The notes: generated from the sequence alone by a model not told the origin. DNA of 64,000 nt from Candidatus Latescibacterota bacterium (GCA_965219995.1 CBDCOX010000002.1:4992001-5056000); one strand, 5' to 3'; positions 41,413-54,018 are shown, counted from the stretch's first letter. Numbers and translations are program-made.

Positions 41413-42591
41413 CTACATGCGGCGCTGACTCGCGTTACCGTAGGGTGAGATCTCCCGCAGCCGTTCGACTTCGCCGATGACTCGCCCGGCCACAAAGTCG
41501 ATTTCGGCTTCGGTGTTGAATCTTCCGATGCCGAACCGGATGCTGCTTTCGGCCAGACGGTTCGAAACCCCCAACGCCCGCAGCACGTACGAGGGTTCCA
41601 GCGCCGCCGAGGTGCAGGCGGAGCCGGAAGAGAGCGCAATCTCGCTCAGGCCCACCATGAGGCTCTCGCCATCCACGCCTTCGAAGCTGACGTTCAGATT
41701 TCCATCCAGTCGTGTCTCCGGATGCCCATTGAGGAAGACGTCGTCGAGTCCGTCGAAAAGACGGGTTTTCAGACGCTCGCGCAATCCCCGGAGCCGGGCG
41801 CCTTCAGCGTCCATTTCCACGCCCGCAAGTTCGCAGGCCACCCCTAGCCCGACGATGCCCGGCACGTTCAACGTGCCGGAGCGCATGCCGCGTTCGTGGC
41901 CGCCGCCGTCGATTTCCGCCACGAGACGCACACGGGGCCGGCTGCGGACGTAGAGTGCGCCGACGCCCTTGGGGCCGTACAGCTTGTGGGCGGAAATCGA
42001 GAGCAGGTCGATGCCGAGGGCCTGTACGTCGATCGGCAGCTTTCCCACGGCCTGGGCGGCGTCGCAGTGGAAGAGGATGTTCCGTTCCCTGCAGATGGCG
42101 CCGATCTCGTCCAGCGGCTGCACGGTGCCGATCTCGTTGTTGGCCGCCATGATGGAGACAAGCAAGGTGTCATCGCGAATTGCGTCGGAGACGGCTGCCG
42201 GCGCGACCAGTCCGCAACGGTCTACCGGCAGGACGGAAACGTCGAAACCGCGCCGTTCCAGCGCTTTGCACGAATCCAGGACGGCGTGGTGTTCGGTGGC
42301 CTGGGTGATGATGTGTCCGCCCTTCTCACGTCGCACGGCAGCCACGCCCTTGATGGCCAGGTTGTCCGATTCCGTCGCGCCGCTGGTGAAGACAATGTCC
42401 CTCGCGTCGGCGCGGATCAGGTCTGCAATCTGCTCGCGGGCCCGGTCCACCGCTGTTTCCGCGGCCCACCCGAAGCTGTGGGTACGGCTGGCCGCGTTGC
42501 CGAAATCCGCCTTGAAATAGGGCATCATCGCGTCCAGCACCCTTGGGTCGACCGGCGTCGTGGCCTGGTTGTCCATGTATATGGGCGTCAT
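41413..42591 (-). CDS. iscS: Cysteine desulfurase (IscS type)
   Basis: [27 protein letters not shown]. Confidence 0.95.
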   Translation of the reverse strand: MTPIYMDNQATTPVDPRVLDAMMPYFKADFGNAASRTHSFGWAAETAVDRAREQIADLIRADARDIVFTSGATESDNLAIKGVAAVRREKGGHIITQATEHHAVLDSCKALERRGFDVSVLPVDRCGLVAPAAVSDAIRDDTLLVSIMAANNEIGTVQPLDEIGAICRERNILFHCDAAQAVGKLPIDVQALGIDLLSISAHKLYGPKGVGALYVRSRPRVRLVAEIDGGGHERGMRSGTLNVPGIVGLGVACELAGVEMDAEGARLRGLRERLKTRLFDGLDDVFLNGHPETRLDGNLNVSFEGVDGESLMVGLSEIALSSGSACTSAALEPSYVLRALGVSNRLAESSIRFGIGRFNTEAEIDFVAGRVIGEVERLREISPYGNASQRRM

Positions 42592-42616
42592 AGCGGTATC
42601 GATCGGGATCGTACTT

Positions 42617-42784
42617 CGGTGAGACGTGAGCCGGCAGATGAAAAACCTGAAAGCGGTGAGACGGTAGACGCAAGACGGTAGATGACATCCTTGCCCGATT
42701 GAGTCTTCCTTAATGCCTTCGGCAAGAAATGAAACTGCATACGGCAGGCAATCTCTCACGTCTCCCGTCTGACGTCTACCCGCC
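42617..42784. repeat. Heptamer-bounded modular element, locus 3 (core C + core A; reverse of locus 1)
   Basis: Units at 42617-42641 and 42654-42685; closing inverted unit at 42754-42784. Confidence 0.8.
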
Positions 42785-42950
42785 GTTGGCTGATTGCTGC
42801 CTTTACTCCCCTTTCCTTCAGGAGAGGGGCCGGGGGGAGAGGTCTGCGTCCCTTCCGGTGCTTCATCATCACGGCGCTTACGTCAACCGTCGTGGCTTTT
42901 GGTTCAAGCTGTTCGCTGAAAACTTACAGCTGATTGCTGAATTCTGGATT

Positions 42951-42976
42951 GTAGGGGCAATCCTTGTGGTTGCCCG
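42951..42976. repeat. GTAG-type REP palindrome
   Basis: GTAGGGGCAATCCTTGTGGTTGCCC; degenerate copy at ~51076-51095. Confidence 0.6.
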
Positions 42977-43077
42977 CATTTCGGGTGTTTCAGGGTTCTC
43001 TTTGTGTCTTTGTGTCTCCGTGTGAGCTGATTTTCGCTTCAAGCTGACGGCTGAGAGCTGAAAGCTATTGGCTGCCT

Positions 43078-44010
43078 TTAGTCCCCTTCAAAAAGCGCTG
43101 TCACAAATGCGTCCGGTTCGAAGTCGCTCAGATCGTCCTGACCTTCGCCCAGGCCGACCATGCAGACGGGTAGACCGAGTTCGTCGGCAATCGCGATGAC
43201 AACGCCGCCTTTGGCCGTGCCGTCCAATTTGGCCAGAACCAGGCCGGTAATGCCGATGTCCGCGTGAAACTGCCGTGCCTGAGCCACGGCGTTCTGTCCC
43301 GTGGTCGCGTCCAGAACCAGCAGGGTCTCGTGCGGGGCGCCGGGGACGCATTTGCCCAGGACGCGGTGAATTTTCTTGAGTTCCTCCATCAGATTGACGC
43401 TGGTGTGGAGCCGCCCCGCGGTGTCGATGATGACGACGTCCATTTCGCGGGACCGGGCGGCGGAAAGGGCGTCGAACGCCACGGAGGCGGCGTCCGCTCC
43501 CGGCCGATGGCGAACGATATCGGCGCCGGAACGTTCGGCCCAGATCGTAAGCTGGTCGATTGCGGCAGCCCGAAACGTATCGCATGCGGCCAGAAGCACC
43601 CGCTGGCCACTCGCGCCGTACCGGCAGGCCAGCTTTCCGATCGTGGTCGTCTTTCCCGATCCGTTGACACCGGCCACGAGGATGACGTGCGGCCTGGTCC
43701 GGGGAGGTATCGGGGAAGCGGGTTGCGCGTTCCGCAGGATTTCCATCAGTTCGGCTTCGAGCCGGCCGCGGACCCAGTCTTCCGTCCCTTCCGGCGCTGC
43801 ACCTTCCCGCAGGCGCTCGCGAAGACGGTCGATGATCCGTAGCGTGGCATTCACACCCACGTCGGACCGGATGAGGATTTCTTCGATCTCCTCGAGGGTT
43901 TCTTCATCCAGTTTCGGGCTTCGGCGCAGAACCTCGGTGATTCTTCCGGACAGCCCCTCCCGGGTCTTTGCGAGACCCTGCTTGAATTTTTCCAGGAAAT
44001 TTCCGAGCAT
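43078..44010 (-). CDS. ftsY: Signal recognition particle receptor FtsY
   Basis: GVNGSGKTTTIGKLA, DTFRAAA, DTAGR, KLDGTAKGG. Confidence 0.97.
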   Translation of the reverse strand: MLGNFLEKFKQGLAKTREGLSGRITEVLRRSPKLDEETLEEIEEILIRSDVGVNATLRIIDRLRERLREGAAPEGTEDWVRGRLEAELMEILRNAQPASPIPPRTRPHVILVAGVNGSGKTTTIGKLACRYGASGQRVLLAACDTFRAAAIDQLTIWAERSGADIVRHRPGADAASVAFDALSAARSREMDVVIIDTAGRLHTSVNLMEELKKIHRVLGKCVPGAPHETLLVLDATTGQNAVAQARQFHADIGITGLVLAKLDGTAKGGVVIAIADELGLPVCMVGLGEGQDDLSDFEPDAFVTALFEGD

Positions 44011-44110
44011 TGCTGCCGCGGGCTCCTCGTGTTCGCCATGGAGACGGGAGAATCAGACAGGGGCACGGCGCGCCGTGCCCCCGGGTGTACTCTTCGGTGG
44101 CGTTCGACCG

Positions 44111-45016
44111 TCAGTAAGTCGATTCCCGGAGGAGGTCCAGGATGCGTTCGAGATCGTCGTCGGTGTAGAACTCGATTTCGATTTTTCCCTTTTTTCCCCG
44201 GCGGTTGATGTTCACCCCCGTCCCGAGTCGACGCTGAAGGTCTTCTTCCAGCGAGAGAGTCTGGGGGTCCTTTGCCGCGGGACCGGCCCCGGTCGGTTTC
44301 CGGCGACCTGTTCTTCCGGCTTTGACAAGGCTTTCAACCTGTCTTACGGAAAGGCCGTCGGCGATGATTTTTCTGCTGAGATTCACCTGGAGACGATCGT
44401 CGGCCAGGCCCAGCAGCGCGCGGGCGTGGCCCATCGAAATCTGATTGTCCTTCAGGGCGTTTCTGACTTCCTCCGAGAGGTGCAGAAGACGCAGGGTGTT
44501 GGTCACGGTGGACCGGTTCTTGCCGACTTTCTGCGCCACCTCTTCCTGAGTCAGGAAGCAGGTCTCCATCAGCGCCCTGTAAGCGCGGGCTTCTTCAATC
44601 GGATTCAGATCCTCCCGTTGTACGTTCTCGATCAGGGAGATTTCCATCATTTCCTGATCGGACCCCACCTCCAGCAGGATGGCGGGGACGGTCGCCAGGC
44701 CGGCCTTCTTCGCGGCGCGGAGCCGGCGCTCGCCTGCAATGAGCTGGTATCTCGACCCGTAGCGCCGGGCGACGACGGGCTGGATGACCCCTTTCTCCCG
44801 GATCGAGTCCGCCAGTTCCTGTACGGCATCCGGATCGAACTCGGACCGGGGCTGGTGCGTGTTGGGCTCGAGATCTCCGATGTCAATCTCAAGCACCCGC
44901 GCGTGCGGATGGAGATCACCCGTATCCGTTGAACCCGCAGTCCGCTCCGGCGCGGATTCGTCGGCGCCGGGGATCAGCGCGCCCAGGCCTCTGCCCAGGA
45001 CGTTACGCTTTGCCAT
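44111..45016 (-). CDS. parB: ParB/Spo0J partitioning protein
   Basis: LGRGLGALI, AGERRLRA, ENVQREDL, HTH. Confidence 0.95.
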   Translation of the reverse strand: MAKRNVLGRGLGALIPGADESAPERTAGSTDTGDLHPHARVLEIDIGDLEPNTHQPRSEFDPDAVQELADSIREKGVIQPVVARRYGSRYQLIAGERRLRAAKKAGLATVPAILLEVGSDQEMMEISLIENVQREDLNPIEEARAYRALMETCFLTQEEVAQKVGKNRSTVTNTLRLLHLSEEVRNALKDNQISMGHARALLGLADDRLQVNLSRKIIADGLSVRQVESLVKAGRTGRRKPTGAGPAAKDPQTLSLEEDLQRRLGTGVNINRRGKKGKIEIEFYTDDDLERILDLLRESTY

Positions 45017-45770
45017 GGTCGATGACCTCCCCGGCCAGGCTCATGTAATTCCGAGCCCCTTGAGACATAATATCATACAGGATGATGGGCTTGCCGAAAC
45101 TCGGCGCTTCGCCGAGTTTGACGTTTCGGCCGATGATGGTGTCGTATACCCGCGTTCCGAAGTGGTGACGGGCCTCATCCACAACCTGCCGGGAGAGATT
45201 CAGCCGGGAATCGAACATCGTGAGCAGCACGCCCTCGATACTGAGCGGGGGATTCAGTTGGCGCTGGACCAACCGCAGCGTATTCAACAGCTTGCCGACG
45301 CCCTCCAGCGCATAGTATTCGCACTGAATGGGAATGAGGACGGAGCCGGCAGCGGTAAGTGCATTGAGCGTCAGCAACCCCAGGGAGGGCGGACAATCGA
45401 TCAACAGGAAATCGTAACTCTCGCCGGCGCCTTCCAGCGCAACCCTGAGGCGGTGCTCACGGGCGCCGAGGTTGACCATTTCGACTTCGGCCCCGGTGAG
45501 GCGCACGTGCGACGGGGCCACGTTCAGAAAGGGAATCTCGGTTTCCCGGGTGATGTCGGAAAGCGGACACTCCTGGACGAGTACCTCGTAGATGCAGGGT
45601 TCTTCCCGCGCCACGGACACACCAAAACTGCTGGTGGCGTTGGATTGCGGATCCAGGTCGACGAGCAGTGTCTTCTTTTCCGCGGCCGCCAGACATGCGG
45701 ACAGGTTGACCGCGGTTGTGGTCTTTCCGACGCCGCCTTTCTGGTTTGCAATGGCAATGACTCTCGGCAT
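45003..45770 (-). CDS. parA: ParA/Soj ATPase
   Basis: ANQKGGVGKTTT, DLDPQ, DCPPSLG, QCEYYALEG. Confidence 0.96.
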   Translation of the reverse strand: MPRVIAIANQKGGVGKTTTAVNLSACLAAAEKKTLLVDLDPQSNATSSFGVSVAREEPCIYEVLVQECPLSDITRETEIPFLNVAPSHVRLTGAEVEMVNLGAREHRLRVALEGAGESYDFLLIDCPPSLGLLTLNALTAAGSVLIPIQCEYYALEGVGKLLNTLRLVQRQLNPPLSIEGVLLTMFDSRLNLSRQVVDEARHHFGTRVYDTIIGRNVKLGEAPSFGKPIILYDIMSQGARNYMSLAGEVIDHGKA

Positions 45771-45799
45771 AAATGGAAGACCCCGTGCGGCGGGCACGG

Positions 45800-48454
<2,655 letters not shown>

Positions 48455-48474
48455 GTTATTCCTCGTATTGGATA

Positions 48475-49710
48475 TCAGGGGTTCCGTCCGATTGCGGTTC
48501 CCCGGCCCTTATCGGCCGTGTTGGCGTTTCCGGATGCCGTGGTGATCACCGTGTCTGACGCAGTCTGGCCGGGCGAGCCGGGTTGTGCTCGGCCTCGTCT
48601 GTCTCGATCCCGGGATTCCTCGCGACTGGCCCGGACCACGTTGCGGTCTTCAATATTGAGGAGGGTCTTGAGGATGCTTCGCCGGCCCACAATGATGCGC
48701 AGGTCCGCCGTGGAGCCGTATTTGAGTGGTAGCGGGGTCTCCAGAATGCGGATTTCCAACTCGAATGTGCGGACGCCGGCGCCGTGAACCGCGTATCCGT
48801 AGAACCTGGAGATTTCGCCGGCGCCTATGAATTCTTCGCGGTCGTTGAAGAGATTGCTGAGGATTTCGACGGGGTGTCCGAGGCGGATTTTCCAGGCGTT
48901 GGTTTCCTGAACCCAGGCGTCGATTGTGTCGTCCCCGCCTTCGCCGGCGATGATGAGTACGATCTGCCCCTGTTCGGCCAGCATACCGGGATGCAGGTCC
49001 CGCCTGGCCACAACACCGTTTACGGGGGACCTCATGGTGGCCAGCTCAAGGCTCTCGCGGGCGCCCTTGAGGCTGCTGCGGGCTTTCGCGAGCGCCGCGC
49101 CGGCCTGACGGACTTCGGCCGCCGCCTGTCGAAGCTCGGAAGGCGACGCGCCGCGTCGGGTGAGGCTGAGGACCTCGGTGGCGACTTTCAGATTGGTTTC
49201 GGCGAGTTGATGGTTGGTTTTCGCGCGCTCGAGCTCCTCGACGCTCCAGAGGCGCTCGCCCAGGTAGAGGTGTTCGGCGCGGTGCAGTTCCTGCTTGCGG
49301 GCTTTCAGCGCAATCTGTGCCTGCTCGACCCGGGATTCCGCAATTTTCAGCGCTTCCGCCGTGGGCTTTTCTTCCAGAAGCGCCAGGTTCGCCCGGGCGT
49401 GCTCCAGATTGGCCTCACCGCGCTGGACCTCCTTCCCGGCCGCTTCGACCGCGGACTTGAGGTCGCCGTTGTAGAGCTGTACCACCGGCTGACCGGCCTT
49501 CACCAGCGACCCGGCTTCGCAATGGATGGCTTCGATCACCCGCTTGAGCGGAGAGTCCACAAAGATCTTCTTCCCGGGCTCCACGATACCCTGGGCCATG
49601 ACCACGTCGTCTATTTCAATGAGCGACAACGTAAGAATTACAGCCGCCAGCACGCCCCCGATCCACAGAATCCACTTCAGCACGCGGTGCTTGCGTCGCC
49701 TGCGCATCAT
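48475..49710 (-). CDS. HlyD-family membrane fusion/secretion protein
   Basis: N-terminal TM anchor, lipoyl halves (GSLVKAGQP; RSPVNGVV) around a long coiled coil. Confidence 0.85.
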   Translation of the reverse strand: MMRRRRKHRVLKWILWIGGVLAAVILTLSLIEIDDVVMAQGIVEPGKKIFVDSPLKRVIEAIHCEAGSLVKAGQPVVQLYNGDLKSAVEAAGKEVQRGEANLEHARANLALLEEKPTAEALKIAESRVEQAQIALKARKQELHRAEHLYLGERLWSVEELERAKTNHQLAETNLKVATEVLSLTRRGASPSELRQAAAEVRQAGAALAKARSSLKGARESLELATMRSPVNGVVARRDLHPGMLAEQGQIVLIIAGEGGDDTIDAWVQETNAWKIRLGHPVEILSNLFNDREEFIGAGEISRFYGYAVHGAGVRTFELEIRILETPLPLKYGSTADLRIIVGRRSILKTLLNIEDRNVVRASREESRDRDRRGRAQPGSPGQTASDTVITTASGNANTADKGRGTAIGRNP

Positions 49711-49727
49711 TACCGAAACCCTTTTTC

Positions 49728-49756
49728 TTGACAGGGGAGAACGGCTTGTCTATATT
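49728..49756 (+). promoter_or_regulatory. Sigma70 promoter of tRNA-Lys
   Basis: TTGACA-17-TATATT. Confidence 0.75.
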
Positions 49757-49810
49757 CATCACTTTGCCCGATCGCGTAGCGGTTTTCAGGGCGTGGTCCG
49801 GGTGCGGAAT

Positions 49811-49882
49811 GGGCCCGTAGCTCAGGGGTAGAGCAGCGGCCTTTTAAGCCGTTGGTCGAAGGTTCAAATCCTTCCGGGCTCA
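49811..49882 (+). tRNA. tRNA-Lys (anticodon TTT), CCA not encoded
   Basis: Cloverleaf GGGCCCG...CGGGCTC-A; anticodon arm GCGGC-CTTTTAA-GCCGT; T-loop GGTTCAAATCC. Confidence 0.96.
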
Positions 49883-49916
49883 TTTAACTATCTTAAAATA
49901 AACGACTTGATATTAT

Positions 49917-49948
49917 AAAAGGCCCGGATCGCAACCGATCGGGCTTTT
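49917..49948 (+). terminator. Terminator after tRNA-Lys
   Basis: AAAAGGCCCG...CGGGCTTTTT. Confidence 0.65.
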
Positions 49949-50149
49949 TGGTTTCCTGTTTCGGAAGGTCCCACGATTTCGCGAAACGCCAGCGATATTT
50001 AGTCTCACAAGTTATCATATCATTGCTCAAAAGTCAAGGCGATTCCAATCTCAGATCGCGCGGGTTCGGACCGTCTCCTTCCCGGAATCCGGCACTCCGG
50101 ACGATATCAATTTTAAATTTATGTCTTGACATTGCGAAATGATTTCATT

Positions 50150-50187
50150 ATTCTTGACTAACTTGATTAACAATATTATAAATCAAG
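50150..50187. promoter_or_regulatory. Putative Rrf2-family (IscR/CymR-like) operator upstream of cysH
   Basis: ATTCTTGACTAACTTGATTAACAAT resembles the IscR type-1 site; overlapping dyad CTTGATT-N12-AATCAAG. Confidence 0.5.
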
Positions 50188-50216
50188 CCGCAGAGGACCT
50201 GCAGCAGAGGCTGTAC

Positions 50217-50966
50217 ATGAGTATCGAAGCGCAGGACATCGACGATTTCGCCGACGCATTGGATGGCGCGCGGCCGGAGGAAATCCTGGAGTGGGCCTGG
50301 AGGAACCTGGGTCCCGCCGTCGCGATGAGCACGGCATTCGGGCCCAGTGGCATGGTGCTTATCGATATGGCGCAAAGGGTGGTCCCGAAACTACCTGTTT
50401 TCACCATCGACACCGGATATCTGTTCGCTGAAACGCTGGCGCTGAAGGAGCGCATCGAGGCGCGTTACGATATTCAGATCGAGTCCCTGCACCCTCGCTT
50501 GAGCGTGCCCGAACAGGACCGCGCCTGTGGCCCCGATCTTTACAAAAAGGATCCGGACCGTTGTTGCGCGATGCGCAAGGTGGAACCGCTGCAGCGGAAA
50601 CTGGCAGGCCTGAACGGCTGGATCGCAGGTCTCAGGAGAGATCAATCCGGAACCCGCGCGGGCGTACGCGTCGTGGAAGCCTACCGGACCAGCGGGGGAC
50701 GGGTCGTGGCCAAGGTAAACCCACTTGCCGCCTGGACCCGGAAGCAGGTCTGGGATTACGTCATTGAAAACGGTCTGCCGTACAATTCGCTCATGGACCG
50801 GGGCTATTCCAGCATCGGCTGTTGGCCGTGTACCCGGCCGGCGGCGCCCGGCGCCGACGAACGCGCGGGACGCTGGGCGGGTACGTCCAAGACGGAATGC
50901 GGGATGCACGCGCCGTTGATGGAGGTCGAGATTCCTGAAGTGGAGGGACAACTGGCGGCGGGATAA
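50217..50966 (+). CDS. cysH: APS/PAPS reductase (Fe-S-containing APS type)
   Basis: IDTGYLF, CC..RKV, SIGCWPCT, KTECGMH. Confidence 0.95.
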   Translation: MSIEAQDIDDFADALDGARPEEILEWAWRNLGPAVAMSTAFGPSGMVLIDMAQRVVPKLPVFTIDTGYLFAETLALKERIEARYDIQIESLHPRLSVPEQDRACGPDLYKKDPDRCCAMRKVEPLQRKLAGLNGWIAGLRRDQSGTRAGVRVVEAYRTSGGRVVAKVNPLAAWTRKQVWDYVIENGLPYNSLMDRGYSSIGCWPCTRPAAPGADERAGRWAGTSKTECGMHAPLMEVEIPEVEGQLAAG

Positions 50967-51000
50967 TCGGGGTCGGACAGTCTGCGGTCAGGGATCGGAC

Positions 51001-51049
51001 GCAAAAAACATCGGCGGAAGCGAACACGGCTTCCGCCGATGTTTTTTGC
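51001..51049. terminator. Bidirectional terminator
   Basis: GCAAAAAACATCGGCGGAAGC...GCTTCCGCCGATGTTTTTTGC. Confidence 0.85.
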
Positions 51050-51101
51050 TGACCTGCTCCGCCGCCGAATTTATACGGGCAACCCTTGTGGTTGTAAAAA
51101 A

Positions 51102-51222
51102 TGGTAAGACGGGAGACGTTAGACGGGAGATGATATCCTCGCCCGATTGGTTATACCTCTATGCCTCCGGCAAAAAATGAATACGCACCGGGCAATCACA
51201 TCCTCTACCCTCTCACCGCCTT
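51102..51222. repeat. Heptamer-bounded modular element, locus 4 (core A)
   Basis: GGTAAGACGGGAGACGTTAGACGGGAGATGA-core A-TCTACCCTCTCACCGCCTT. Confidence 0.8.
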
Positions 51223-51500
51223 TATGGCAATTATAACAACTCACGTTTTACGTCTGCTCACTCGGGAGCGAGGGCATCCTGCCCTCGACGCGCCCATTCG
51301 ACGCCTGTCGCTTCAGGGCGCAGACGTCAACGGATAGGGTTGTGATTCAAGCCGACGGCCGATAGCTGTTTCCCGACGGCTGATGGTGAGCGGCGCGATT
51401 CCAGCCACGAAAAGACTCCCGCTCCGCGACGAGGCGGGCGGGAGGTGGAAAATCGGAGGCGAGTTCAGCGACGTCTCCACGCCACGGGACGACGGTGAAT

Positions 51501-53531
51501 CTAACTGCCAACCTGCGATCCGAAGGCCTTCGAAAAAATCAGAAAATCTGAAAAGCCAATCTCACCGTCCTCGTCCAAGTCGAACGTGGGATCGAAGTCT
51601 TCGTCGGATGACGTCGCGCCAAACGCGCTCGCGAATGCGATGAAATCAGGGAACACAACCGCCCCGTCGCGGTCAAAATCCGGAGAAGGCGGATCCCCTT
51701 CGACGACGGTTATTCGGCGGAAATATTCAGAAATATAAGTCACCCCATTCTGCCTTACGCCCAAATTAAGGAAAACTTCGCCGGTTTCTCTTGACGTAAA
51801 AGAGATGTTTTTGCTGAATCGACCGTTTGTGACCGTCGCGAGAATGACTTTCTCCCATTCGTCGTGCTCAAAATGCAATTTGACCGCGTTGGAAATAGAC
51901 GAATCGGACACCGTGCCGCTGATCCGTATGCCCTCTCCCGTTCTGAATTGGACAGGTAGTGGCGGTTCAAAGCGAGCTTTGGGCGTGTAACCTCTCGGTA
52001 CATCCAAACGTGGCCGCCAATTCTTCGGGATTGGGATGAATTGTGCGCGAGTCTCGCCTTTCGGATCGACTGTAATGGTCAGCGGAATTCTGCCTCCATC
52101 TCCAACAATGCGTACGTAGGCTGAGGAGAGCTGGTAAACGAACCCGTTGATGGTGAGCCCTCCGGATGAATCGGGCTTGACGGCATCATTATAGCCGTCG
52201 TGCTGGTACCCTCCTTCAGGCCAGACGATGTGTTCTTCGGGGAGGGGGAAAGCCCGTCCCTGGGAAATGTTGTCTGCGAGAGGTGGCGTCGTATAGTTAA
52301 ACCTGGCGTTTAGGCCCAATCCACTCAAAAACAGCCTTAAAACGTGCCTTTCGAAAATGTCTGCGATCGGTTGTCCAATCACGTTTTCGACGTTTGAAAT
52401 TCCAGTCCTTTGTGTCTGTACGAGCCTTGTCAGAACACCCGATCCAAACTCCTCGACGGCGCTGCGCAGAAACATATAGGCGGCGCCCCGTCGGTACGAG
52501 TTTGGAGAAGACAATGCTCCTAGAGCGCCGCTATGTGTATTATCGAGGAAGTTGCCGATCCACCTGTGGTTTGTCTTGTCATTCTCGCCGATCAGGTCTT
52601 CAGCAACATGCGACAACCCTTCATTGAGCCAGATATGCTCTGAGTTTCCCTTTCGGACGAGCACACGCTGGTTGAAGTTGATGAGGTGCTGGAATTCGTG
52701 AGCGATCACCGCATCGAACTTGCGAGGTTCGAGACCTGGATTGACGTAGAACATATCGGACCGATTGCCGTTGCCTCCCTGGCTTGCCGGAAGCAATGCC
52801 AAGGCATCGAACATTCCGGCCTTGGAGGCAAAGATAACGTCTGGGTCAGGATCCATGAGGTGGGTGTAAAGGAAATGGATTTTGCCGTCGTTGTCGACGT
52901 CTGATCCGTCTCCGAACGTCGAGGTGAGGATGGGATAGGTCTTTCTGCTGAAGCGGTCTATATGCGCCTGGATCTGCACCTTGCTGACGCGGCTGATGTC
53001 GGCAATATCCACGTATGCGATTGCACGCTGGCTCGTTGCGACGAGAACGGCGGTAATCGTGGTATCTTCATCTATAATCTGGCACGCATAGCCTGGAAAG
53101 ACGAACTTCCTGTTGCTGCCGATCTCTTGAGGAACGGCCTTGGCCGCGTATGGACGAAAGCCGCCGGACGCCTGTAGTCGGCGTGCGAGTTCCTGTTCCT
53201 GCTCGCGAAGCTTGCTCTTAAGGCTCATGCCGTTAGGGAGAGATGCTGACGGTATTTCAACAGGATGACGGGCGACTGCCGGTTGAGAATCCCCGTAGGC
53301 TGCGGTTACGGAGAAGCCAAACGGACTGCGTAATCCCCACGGACCCGGTTCGGCGTCAGTTCGTGTCGAATAGAGGATCAACTGATAGTCGCGGTCTGAA
53401 AAGTCAAGGGCTACTGTCGTTGACCCTTCAGCAAGATCGACCCTAAAGGGTTCGCCGATTTCCTGGGAGTGGGTGGCGTGAGAGCAAAATAACAGCAAGA
53501 GCAAACCACAGGCAGAGTGCCACATATCCAC
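51501..53531 (-). CDS. Secreted zinc metallopeptidase (M30-like HExxH) with C-terminal dockerin/EF-hand-like pair
   Basis: Signal peptide; DVDNDGKI, AHEFQHLI, WLNEGLS; tail DFDRDGAVVFPDF...DLDEDGEIGFSDF. Confidence 0.8.
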   Translation of the reverse strand: MDMWHSACGLLLLLFCSHATHSQEIGEPFRVDLAEGSTTVALDFSDRDYQLILYSTRTDAEPGPWGLRSPFGFSVTAAYGDSQPAVARHPVEIPSASLPNGMSLKSKLREQEQELARRLQASGGFRPYAAKAVPQEIGSNRKFVFPGYACQIIDEDTTITAVLVATSQRAIAYVDIADISRVSKVQIQAHIDRFSRKTYPILTSTFGDGSDVDNDGKIHFLYTHLMDPDPDVIFASKAGMFDALALLPASQGGNGNRSDMFYVNPGLEPRKFDAVIAHEFQHLINFNQRVLVRKGNSEHIWLNEGLSHVAEDLIGENDKTNHRWIGNFLDNTHSGALGALSSPNSYRRGAAYMFLRSAVEEFGSGVLTRLVQTQRTGISNVENVIGQPIADIFERHVLRLFLSGLGLNARFNYTTPPLADNISQGRAFPLPEEHIVWPEGGYQHDGYNDAVKPDSSGGLTINGFVYQLSSAYVRIVGDGGRIPLTITVDPKGETRAQFIPIPKNWRPRLDVPRGYTPKARFEPPLPVQFRTGEGIRISGTVSDSSISNAVKLHFEHDEWEKVILATVTNGRFSKNISFTSRETGEVFLNLGVRQNGVTYISEYFRRITVVEGDPPSPDFDRDGAVVFPDFIAFASAFGATSSDEDFDPTFDLDEDGEIGFSDFLIFSKAFGSQVGS

Positions 53532-53726
53532 TCCATTTCACGATGTCGTCCAATTCTTGTGTACTTCTCACGAGGATTTCATTGTGTACAGTTAATTTAA
53601 CGTGTCCTTATGAGTGATGTCAAGAATTCTTGGGTAAGGAGCGAACTGCCATCGCTTGATATACGCCTCGTTTTGCTCCCCCTCTCCCTCCGGGAGAGGG
53701 GGTCGGGGGGAGAGGTCGCCCAAGAC

Positions 53727-53880
53727 CGGTGAGACGTGAGCCGGTAGACGGTAGAGGAAGACAATTACAGCAGTGTTTCCACGTAAACCGTGCCTGTTGA
53801 TTTACCGTTATCGTAACGACAAGAAAAACCGAAGGGCACTCATATAATCTCCCGTCTACCCTCTCCCGTCTACCCGCCTT
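53727..53880. repeat. Heptamer-bounded modular element, locus 5 (core B, reverse of 10931-11082)
   Basis: The reverse complement aligns along its length with 10931-11082. Confidence 0.8.
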
Positions 53881-53893
53881 TTGCCGTTTGCCC

Positions 53894-53921
53894 TTGACAA
53901 AGCCGGTCGCCGACGTATATT
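53894..53921 (+). promoter_or_regulatory. Sigma70 promoter of the cysM operon
   Basis: TTGACA-16-TATATT. Confidence 0.6.
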
Positions 53922-54018
53922 GTTTTTGCTGCTTGGTCCCGGGCACCACGGGGCCATTTTTGTACGTGATCGAAGCGTGAGTCTTTCTCCCGCCCGAACG
54001 GCCTCGAAGGGGTTTTCT

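Noticed and set aside
49883-50040. Integrative element at tRNA-Lys
   Set aside because: An AT-rich patch follows the tRNA, but I found no integrase and no duplicated tRNA 3' end in the window.
51262-51500. Transposase remnant or ncRNA after the GGGAGCGAGGGCATCCTGCCCTCG palindrome
   Set aside because: No recognisable protein motif or RNA family; only the short REP-like hairpin is supportable.
53774-53789. parS-like TGTTTCCACGTAAAC
   Set aside because: Not palindromic, and it lies in repeat core B, whose other copy reads TGTTTCCGCATAAAC.
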